Part shown: positions 55,138-64,000 of the stretch, in pieces
Numbering within the stretch: the stretch's first letter is position 1
How the letters are laid out: each line of letters begins with the position of its first letter
Assembly: GCF_056746865.1 (NCBI RefSeq)
Contig: NZ_CM163382.1
Strand: one strand, 5' to 3'
Length of the DNA: 64,000 nt
Notes under the pieces: generated by a model
What the model saw: the letters and a program-made list of their open reading frames with translations, nothing else
Database searches by the model: none
Told to the model about the DNA's origin: nothing
Made by a program: the position numbers and the translations under genes

Positions 55138-55366
55138 TTTTACTCCATGTCGTCGGTACTGCGAGTGTCGCAGATAAACATACCCAAAAGAAAACCCTCA
55201 CCGTCAGGCGGCGAGGGTTTAACTCACATGATGATACTGACTGTTGCTCACTCTTTGAAGTGATTTGCGTCACATTCAGGGAATTCCTCAATGTAGCGCA
55301 TTATGTATAAATCTTAATCGTCATGGTTTATGGAAGACGAATTAGCGTGTTTTGTAAATCAGAGGA

Positions 55367-56173
55367 TTAATAACCTGCTTTATCAATCACAAAGGTTTTG
55401 CCACAGTTGCCTGGGTGTGGTTGTGGCAAGAATGAGTTGGCAGAAAGCGGAGCGTTGATGGCGTCAGCTTTGATCGAGATCTGAATTTCAGTCAAATACG
55501 CAGGGTTACCCTGGCACGTTAGCTTAACTGCTTTCACGTTCTCTTTTCCCCAGCTTTTGGCAAAGGCGGCATCAAAGTCACGGCGGCTCACTGTGTTACC
55601 GTAGTTATCCGCAAGGAATTTTCCGGCTTCGCTCTCTTTAATTTCTTGATTCAGGCGTACCATCGTGCCGAAGTATGCGTCTGGATCAAAACCAAAGCAG
55701 GCACCGTGTTTGGCATATTCGTAGCGTTCCAGGCAGGAACGTCCGCCAGCTCCTGGCATGACTTCACTTAGTTTAGCGGCCGTTTCCAGCGATAACCCGG
55801 TTTCCGGCGATGAACACATTCGGCTGGCGCGCGCTTCTGGTAGATTCGGGATTGGGCGAGTAGCGCAACCGAAGCGCATCCAGCGGCGTTCATCAACACC
55901 ACGGGCAGCAACCGATTTAGGCAATCCTGGCCATAGACCATGTACGGTCAGAAAATCAGCTTTGTTGGTCGTTTCGGTTTGCAGGCGACATTCATCTCGT
56001 TCGTTACGATTTCGATCGTGTTGACTCTGGCAAAATCCGGTTTGCCAGGAGAGGGCCAGGACATAGCGATCAAAATCGCCATACTGTTTTGCCTGCAACG
56101 CCACGGCGTTGGCAGAAGAGAAGGGAAGCAGAGAAACCGCGAGCAACGCGGCGTTACGCCAGAATGCTTTCAT
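55367..56173 (-). CDS. rna: Periplasmic ribonuclease I (RNase T2 family)
   Basis: Translation MKAFWRNAALLAVSLLPFSSANAVALQAKQYGDFDRYVLALSWQTGFCQSQHDRNRNERDECRLQTE... Confidence 0.95.
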   Translation of the reverse strand: MKAFWRNAALLAVSLLPFSSANAVALQAKQYGDFDRYVLALSWQTGFCQSQHDRNRNERDECRLQTETTNKADFLTVHGLWPGLPKSVAARGVDERRWMRFGCATRPIPNLPEARASRMCSSPETGLSLETAAKLSEVMPGAGGRSCLERYEYAKHGACFGFDPDAYFGTMVRLNQEIKESEAGKFLADNYGNTVSRRDFDAAFAKSWGKENVKAVKLTCQGNPAYLTEIQISIKADAINAPLSANSFLPQPHPGNCGKTFVIDKAGY

Positions 56174-56221
56174 AATGGGTGTGGAACTCATACATACACT
56201 GAATACTATCTATTAAATCAT

Positions 56222-56255
56222 AAAAAAGCCCGCCAGGTGGGCTTACCTGGCGGGC
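56222..56255 (-). terminator. Rho-independent terminator of citT
   Basis: Hairpin gcccgccaggt / acctggcgggc preceded on the plus strand by aaaaaa (a U run on the minus-strand transcript), 30 bp downstream of the citT stop. Confidence 0.7.
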
Positions 56256-56286
56256 GTGATGATTTATTCAGCGTTTGGCGAACGTA

Positions 56287-57750
56287 TTAGTTCCACATGG
56301 CGAGAATCGGCCAGCCAACCAACAGCAGCATAGAGATGTAAATCACCCCGAAGATTGCACCAAGTCGCCAGTAATCTTTTGATTTCACATAGCCACAGCC
56401 GTAAATAATCACCCCAGGACCGGTTGCATACGGCGTCAGACAGCCCATGATACCGATAGACAGCACCAGCAGGATACACAGTTGTTCCATTGGTACGCCC
56501 GGAATACCTTTACCGACGGCCAGAATAACCGGCAGCATGGTTGCGGTGTGCGCAGACAGGCTGGCAAACAGGTAGTGCGCAAAGTAGAACACCAGAACCA
56601 GTACAATCACCGTTGCGTTTGGTGAGAATCCTTCCAGGTGCGTACTCATGGTACCGGCGAACCAGTCAATAAAACCAGAACGAGTCAGGCCATTAGCCAT
56701 CACAACCAGAGTTGCCAGGTTGACCAGTGTGTTCCATGCGCTGTTATAGCGGGTAATGTCTTTCCACGGCACAACGTGCAGGGCCAGCATTAGCGAAACT
56801 GCCAGCAGACCTACCGCAGTAGCATTAATGACTTCACTGCCAAATACCCACAAACCTAAGCTGAGCAATACAAGACCAATCAGCGTCCACTCTCTGCGTG
56901 TCAGCGCACCCATGGTTTTTAGTTCATCACCCGCCCAGGTTGCCACTTCTTCACTGTGTGTGATTTCCGGTTTGTACAGCACGTAGGAAAGCCACGGCGC
57001 AATGATAAGCAAGATAACCCCAACCGGCAGGAAGCAGAGGAACCACTGCAACCAGCTAATCTGGATACCGGCAATTTTGCTGACGAACTCCAGACCCAGT
57101 ACGTTTGGTGCCGCACCGGTGACAAACATGGACGAACTCAGACTGGTACTAATGACCATCATCCACATCAAATAGCCGCCAATACGACGCGCGGACGGAT
57201 CGTTCGGGAATGATTTAAACAGCGGCGGCAGGTTTTTAATGACCGGAAAAACCGTACCCCCGGTACGCGCGGTGTTGGACGGTGTAAACGGTGCCAGCAG
57301 AATGTCGATAATGACAATCGCATAACCCAACGTCAGCGTGCGTTTGCCCATGAATTTCACCAGGAAAAGGGCAATGCGACGACCTAACCCGGAAACTTCA
57401 TACCCTAATGCAAAAATAAATGCGCCAAATACCAGCCATACCGTGGTGCTGGAAAAACCAGCCAGACCCCATTTCAGCGCCTGTTTTTGCGCATTAAACG
57501 CTGGGTCAGCTAATTCTTTGGCATCAAAGAGCAGGTAATTACTGCCAATAACGCAAATAGTAACCGCAATAAAACTGATCGCCGTTGCCGGAATTGGCTC
57601 GAGGATCATGCCGACAATCATTGCCACAAACACTGCAAAGTAATGCCACGCCTGCGGCGGCATACCGTCAGGTACAGGGATAAGAAACATGACACCCATC
57701 ACCACCAGGGGCGCCAATAATTTCCATATATTATCTTTTGCTAAAGACAT
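56287..57750 (-). CDS. citT: Citrate:succinate antiporter CitT
   Basis: 487-aa ORF MSLAKDNIWKLLAPLVVMGVMFLIPVPDGMPPQAWHYFAVFVAMIVGMILEPIPATAISFIAVTICVIG... Confidence 0.95.
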   Translation of the reverse strand: MSLAKDNIWKLLAPLVVMGVMFLIPVPDGMPPQAWHYFAVFVAMIVGMILEPIPATAISFIAVTICVIGSNYLLFDAKELADPAFNAQKQALKWGLAGFSSTTVWLVFGAFIFALGYEVSGLGRRIALFLVKFMGKRTLTLGYAIVIIDILLAPFTPSNTARTGGTVFPVIKNLPPLFKSFPNDPSARRIGGYLMWMMVISTSLSSSMFVTGAAPNVLGLEFVSKIAGIQISWLQWFLCFLPVGVILLIIAPWLSYVLYKPEITHSEEVATWAGDELKTMGALTRREWTLIGLVLLSLGLWVFGSEVINATAVGLLAVSLMLALHVVPWKDITRYNSAWNTLVNLATLVVMANGLTRSGFIDWFAGTMSTHLEGFSPNATVIVLVLVFYFAHYLFASLSAHTATMLPVILAVGKGIPGVPMEQLCILLVLSIGIMGCLTPYATGPGVIIYGCGYVKSKDYWRLGAIFGVIYISMLLLVGWPILAMWN

Positions 57751-57799
57751 ACGGGTTCTCCGACAATTAATATTCCAATTTTATCAAGTGCTTAAATAA

Positions 57800-59204
<1,405 letters not shown>

Positions 59205-59207
59205 GGC

Positions 59208-60740
59208 TTATTCCTTCACCTGATGCACAACATCGATCACCGAGCCATCGCGGTAACGCACAACGGCAACGACGCGGTCGGTGAATTCAATCGGCTGTGG
59301 TTCACCGGTCAGCAGACGCGCACGTTCACGCAGCCACTCAATAGAAACCACTTTGATCCCCGCTTCCTGCAGACGTTCTGCCAGTTCCGGACGTGCCGGG
59401 TTAACTGCGATACCGTGGTCTGTGACCAGAATATCGACACTGGAGCCCGGGGTGATGCAGGTCAGCACGTTATCCACCAGAGTCGGAATACGACCGCGTA
59501 CCAGCGGTGCGACGATGATGGAAAGTGCAGAGGCAATCGCGGTATCGCAGTGACCACCGGAAGCGCCACGCAGTACGCCGTCAGAGCCGGTCAGCACGTT
59601 AACGTTGAACTGGGTGTCAATTTCCAGCGCGCTCAGTACCACCACGTCGAGACGATCAACCGATGCACCTTTTGAACCCCAGTTAGCGTACTGGTTGGCG
59701 CTGATTTCGATGTGATTGGGGTTACGGGCCAGCGATTGTGCAGCGTGGCTGTCAAAGCTCTGTACATCCAGCAGTTTGCGGATCAGACCTTTTTCGTGCA
59801 GATCAACCATCGTTGCGGTAATACCGCCAAGGGCGAAGTCGGCGCGAATATCGCGGCTACGCATTTTGTCTTCCAGGAAACGGGTTACCGCCAGCGATGC
59901 GCCGCCGGTGCCGGTTTGCATGGAGAAACCTTCTTTAAAGTAGCCTGAGTTGAAAATCACATCCGCAGCGCTACGGGCAATAAGCAGTTCGCGCGGGTTA
60001 GTGGTCATACGGGTCGCGCCAGCGCCGATTTTCGCGGCATCGCCAACGCGATCAACTTTGACGATCAGATCAACCTGATCTTGCTCAATGCTTGCCGGAT
60101 TATGAGGATAAGGCAGCAGTTCTTCAGTGAGCATCACAACCTGTTTCGCGTTGTCTGCATCAACCATTGCATAGCCGAGGGAGCCGCAGCAGGCTTTACC
60201 GGTGTAGCCGTTGGCATTACCGAATTCATCACAGGACGGGACGCCGAGGAAAGCCACGTCTATATTCAGTTCGCCGCTCTGTACCAGATGCACACGTCCG
60301 CCGTGAGAGTGGATTTGCACCGGTTCCGCCAGCAGACCACGGGAGATTTCTTCCGCCAGTGGACCGCGCAGGCCAGAGGTATAAATGCGGGTAACCACGC
60401 CCTGGCGAATGTGTTCTACCAGCGGCGCATGGCAATCACTCAGGGAGCTGGAGGCCAGAGTCAGGTTTTTAAAGCCCATCTTCGCGATGACGTCCATCAC
60501 CATATTGACGGTCAGGTCACCGCCACGGAAAGCGTGATGGAAGGAAACCGTCATACCGTCCTGTAAACCCGAGCGACGAATCGCTTCTTCCAGGTTGGCG
60601 CACAGTTTGCGATCGCGCGCTTTTTCAGCCTGGTAGGTTTGCTTTGGCGAGTTCTGGAAAGCGGCAAGATCGCATTCAGCGCGACGATTCCAGGCCGCTA
60701 CCCGTTCTTGTCGTTGAGATTGTTCAATTTTCTGCGTCAT
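59208..60740 (-). CDS. citF: Citrate lyase alpha subunit CitF
   Basis: Translation from the internal Met, MTQKIEQSQRQERVAAWNRRAECDLAAFQNSPKQTYQAEKARDRKLCANLEEAIRRSGLQDGMTVSFHHAF... Confidence 0.93.
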   Translation of the reverse strand: MTQKIEQSQRQERVAAWNRRAECDLAAFQNSPKQTYQAEKARDRKLCANLEEAIRRSGLQDGMTVSFHHAFRGGDLTVNMVMDVIAKMGFKNLTLASSSLSDCHAPLVEHIRQGVVTRIYTSGLRGPLAEEISRGLLAEPVQIHSHGGRVHLVQSGELNIDVAFLGVPSCDEFGNANGYTGKACCGSLGYAMVDADNAKQVVMLTEELLPYPHNPASIEQDQVDLIVKVDRVGDAAKIGAGATRMTTNPRELLIARSAADVIFNSGYFKEGFSMQTGTGGASLAVTRFLEDKMRSRDIRADFALGGITATMVDLHEKGLIRKLLDVQSFDSHAAQSLARNPNHIEISANQYANWGSKGASVDRLDVVVLSALEIDTQFNVNVLTGSDGVLRGASGGHCDTAIASALSIIVAPLVRGRIPTLVDNVLTCITPGSSVDILVTDHGIAVNPARPELAERLQEAGIKVVSIEWLRERARLLTGEPQPIEFTDRVVAVVRYRDGSVIDVVHQVKE

Positions 60741-60750
60741 TTTGATTGCC

Positions 60751-61659
60751 TTATTCTTCGCGGATGCCGGAAAGTTCTGCGCGGGAGAGCACCAGACGGG
60801 CGCGATCGATAACCGGACCGTCCACCATCTTGCCATTCAGGGAAACCACGCCGAGGCCTTCGCGAGCGGCGGCTTCAGCGGCTTCTACGACGCGGCGGGC
60901 GTGATCCACTTCTTTCTGGGTCGGTGCGTAGAGGTTGTGCAGCAGATCAATCTGACGCGGGTTAATCAGCGATTTGCCGTCAAAGCCCAGCTGTTTGATG
61001 TGGGCGGCTTCTTGCAGGAATCCGGCTTCGTTGTTAGCGTCGGAATAGACGGTATCGAACGCCTGAATACCCGCAGAGCGCGCGGCCTGCAAAATGGAGC
61101 AGCGAGCGAACAGCAGTTCAATTCCTTCCGGGGAGCGTTCTGTACGCAGGTTGCGCACATAGTCTTCTGCACCGAGGGCGATACCGATCAAACGCTCGGA
61201 AGCGTGAGCGATTTCCACTGCGCGGGTAATGCCCAGCGGAGATTCAATCGCCGCCAGCAAGCCGGTACTGCCGGGTTCACGACCACAGGCTTTTTCGATA
61301 CGCAGGATCTCTTTTTCGATATCCAGAACATCCTGAGCGGTATCGGTTTTCGGCAGACGCACAACGTCCGCACCACCGCGAACGACGGCTTCCAGGTCGT
61401 TAACACCCCATTCGGAATCCAGCGCGTTTACACGCACAATGGTTTCAATATCGCGATACAGCGGATGTTGCAGCGCGTGGTAAACCATGCGGCGGGCGGT
61501 GTCTTTTTCACGTAATGCCACGGAGTCTTCGAGGTCAAACATCAGGGCATCAGCCGGGTAGATGAAGGAGTTGCTGACCATCGCGGCATTGGCACCAGGC
61601 ACAAACAACATGCTGCGGCGGGTGCGAGTTTTACGTTGTTGCAGCGAAGCGGAAATCAT
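60751..61659 (-). CDS. citE: Citrate lyase beta subunit CitE
   Basis: Translation [79 protein letters not shown]... Confidence 0.93.
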
Positions 61660-61952
61660 TGGCAATCCTCCCATGGCAGAGCCGGGATACCGCTGGCGCG
61701 TGCCAGCAGGGCTTCCAGTCGTGCACGTAAAATGCAGTCCAGTGCGCCTTTGTCATCGACATTCAGCTGTACGCCGCGCACGTTGTAGCGGGCGAGAACG
61801 TCCAGAATGGTGGTGCGAATTGCATCGCCAAACTGTTTCTCAACGCTGCTGTTGATTTGCAGGTCGATATCCTGCGTATCGAGTGGGGCGATGCGTATCA
61901 TCACATCCCCAGACTCAAGGGTGCCTGCAACGGCGGGCTGGTTTATTTTCAT
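61656..61952 (-). CDS. citD: Citrate lyase acyl carrier protein CitD (gamma subunit)
   Basis: 98-aa [85 protein letters not shown]... Confidence 0.95.
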
Positions 61953-61966
61953 TTTTCACCTGTTTC

Positions 61967-63025
61967 TCATGCGGGGGTCTTTTGACGAGCTGCCGCGTCC
62001 TGGCGGGAGTGCTCAAGCAGGTTCTGCAAATAATGCAGCGTGACTGCAGGGACCAGCGGCGCGATAGCCGTGAGATCGTTTTTCGCCAGCAGTTGACGTA
62101 CCCGGGAAGCGGATATCGGCATCTCCTGGTAACGCAGCCGCTCAATTTCAACCAGTTCGATGGGCGGTGCGGAGATAGTCGGCGTTTCCAGCCAGTAGCG
62201 CATATCCTGGTTGTACTGGGCGGTAACGCGACAAAAGGGTTCAGTACCGACAAAGCGGTGAGTTACACCCAGCGCGGGAGCGAGGTACTGACGGAAAATC
62301 TTCAGATCAATTTCGGTGTAACAATGGTTAATGACGCTCTGTTCTTTAATGAAGTAGCAAGGGAACGTAGCGCGGGAGATGATGTATTCGGAGCCGCGAT
62401 GCACAGTCAGGCGTGGAATATCGGCGGTGCCTTTTAACACCAGATCCAGCCGGTCTTCATAGGGAAAGCGTGAAGAATCTTCTTTAACTAAAAACAGATG
62501 CAACCAGTCGCACTGTGCTGCAGCCTGTTGAATCAGATAACGGTGACCATTCGTAAAGGGATTGGCGTTCATCACAATGCAGCCAATCTTGTTCCCTGGA
62601 TGACGAAATTTTTTCAGCGATTCGGCATAGCGTTTCAGTCGCGTGGCGCTGTTTTCCATCAGCACCATCACGCCGGGTACACTGGTCAGCGTGGAAAAAC
62701 CGCACTGGCGGAACAGCGCCTCGTATTCGGTTTTGGTATAAATAAACAGATGCGTGCTGTGCCGCTCATAGGCGAGGTTAATTAGCTCGGTGGCTAATGT
62801 CAGCGCCAGTCCTTCACCGCGAACGGATTCACTGATAGCAACGCATTTAATAATATTTCCGGCAATTCCACCGCACGCGATAAGCTTTTCATCGCGGGTT
62901 ACGGTAATAAATACTTCGACTGTGGTGTCAACGCTCAAATCATTTTCATGCAGGAATTGGGCGATTTCCGCCATTTTTTTATTTTCTGAACGTTTTACAC
63001 GGGTGCAAATATCATTGCCGAACAT
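61967..63025 (-). CDS. citC: [Citrate (pro-3S)-lyase] ligase CitC
   Basis: Translation from the internal Met, MFGNDICTRVKRSENKKMAEIAQFLHENDLSVDTTVEVFITVTRDEKLIACGGIAGNIIKCVAISESVRGEGLALTLATEL... Confidence 0.92.
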   Translation of the reverse strand: MFGNDICTRVKRSENKKMAEIAQFLHENDLSVDTTVEVFITVTRDEKLIACGGIAGNIIKCVAISESVRGEGLALTLATELINLAYERHSTHLFIYTKTEYEALFRQCGFSTLTSVPGVMVLMENSATRLKRYAESLKKFRHPGNKIGCIVMNANPFTNGHRYLIQQAAAQCDWLHLFLVKEDSSRFPYEDRLDLVLKGTADIPRLTVHRGSEYIISRATFPCYFIKEQSVINHCYTEIDLKIFRQYLAPALGVTHRFVGTEPFCRVTAQYNQDMRYWLETPTISAPPIELVEIERLRYQEMPISASRVRQLLAKNDLTAIAPLVPAVTLHYLQNLLEHSRQDAAARQKTPA

Positions 63026-63404
63026 AATAAATAGTATCCTGAAGGTGCATGTTGTTATCGATTTGCAACGAATGTTGTTCGATGTTGCAAACTGATAACC
63101 TTTTATTTTCACTTGGGAGAAAGGGGGGCGATCGAGGTATATCTTTTTCTCCTTTCGCTATACATCCTAAGGAGTATTGCAGCGTGAAATTTTGATTTAT
63201 TTCACATAGAGTTAGTGGTTTTTTATTTATTTAATGGTTTTAAGTTTTTTAATTAATGTAATTACGAAATGACCCGCAGGTTTAAGTGATTTAATTGATT
63301 TAATGAATAAAATTTGCCACGATTATATTTAATATCTATGTATTTTGATTCAACATTTTAATTACATCCGTCAAAGAGGCTCGGGACAACCCGCAAGGAA
63401 AACA

Positions 63405-64000
63405 ATGTTGCAGCTTAACGAGAATAAACAGTTTGCATTTTTCCAAAGACTGGCATTTCCGCTGCGTATCTTTTTGCTGATTCTGGTGTTCTCAATATTT
63501 GTCATTGCAGCCCTGGCGCAATATTTTACGGCCAGTTTTGAGGACTATTTAACGCTTCATGTGCGCGACATGGCAATGAATCAGGCAAAAATTATTGCTT
63601 CTAATGACAGTATCATCAGCGCAGTGAAAACGCGTGACTACAAGAGGCTGGCGACCATCGCTGACAAATTACAAAGAGATACTGATTTCGATTATGTGGT
63701 GATTGGCGATCGGCACTCGATTCGTCTTTACCATCCTAATCCGGAGAAAATTGGTTATCCTATGCAGTTCACCAAACCGGGCGCGCTGGAGAAAGGGGAG
63801 AGCTACTTCATCACCGGGAAAGGGTCAATTGGCATGGCGATGCGTGCCAAAACGCCAATCTTTGATGACGATGGAAAAGTCATCGGCGTGGTGTCGATTG
63901 GCTACCTGGTGAGTAAAATCGATAGCTGGCGTGCTGAGTTTTTATTACCGATGGCAGGTGTGTTTGTCGTGCTGTTAGGGATTCTGATGTTGCTATCGTG
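63405..64000 (+). CDS. citA: Sensor histidine kinase CitA (DpiB), 5' part; truncated by the window end
   Basis: ATG at 63405 gives MLQLNENKQFAFFQRLAFPLRIFLLILVFSIFVIAALAQYFTASFEDYLTLHVRDMAMNQAKIIASNDSIISAVKTRDYKRLATIADKLQRDTDFDYVVIGDRHSIRLYHPNPEKIGYPMQFTKPGALEKGESYFITGKGSIGMAMRAKTPIFDDDGKVIGVVSIGYLVSKIDSWRAEF...; divergent from citC. Confidence 0.9.
   Translation, partial: MLQLNENKQFAFFQRLAFPLRIFLLILVFSIFVIAALAQYFTASFEDYLTLHVRDMAMNQAKIIASNDSIISAVKTRDYKRLATIADKLQRDTDFDYVVIGDRHSIRLYHPNPEKIGYPMQFTKPGALEKGESYFITGKGSIGMAMRAKTPIFDDDGKVIGVVSIGYLVSKIDSWRAEFLLPMAGVFVVLLGILMLLS

Overview
This window is an Escherichia coli-type chromosomal segment, mostly conserved core with a few accessory features. 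Positions 1-5750 are a low-GC accessory island holding three tandem paralogous genes of about 346 aa with beta-propeller-like repeats, all on the minus strand. One paralog is split by an IS2 insertion with a 5-bp target duplication, and the other two share a near-identical 3' half but differ in the 5' half. Two of the paralogs are preceded by tightly coupled small ORFs that are unrelated to each other. This array is the best candidate for an undescribed system, possibly polymorphic immunity or effector-partner modules, but the function is not established. The rest is recognisable core: cusSR and cusCFBA, pheP, ybdG, nfsB, ybdF-ybdJ-ybdK, the hokE locus with IS186, the full enterobactin cluster (entD, fepA, fes, ybdZ, entF, fepE, fepCGD, entS, fepB, entCEBAH), cstA-ybdD, ybdH, ybdL, ybdMNO, dsbG, ahpCF, uspG, rnk, rna, citT, citGXFEDC and the start of citA. 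Compared with K-12 MG1655 as I recall it, the hokE locus is tandemly duplicated around IS186 and ybdR is absent between uspG and rnk. Gene names were assigned by recognising the translated ORFs from memory; no database search was run. Coordinates of regulatory sites are approximate.
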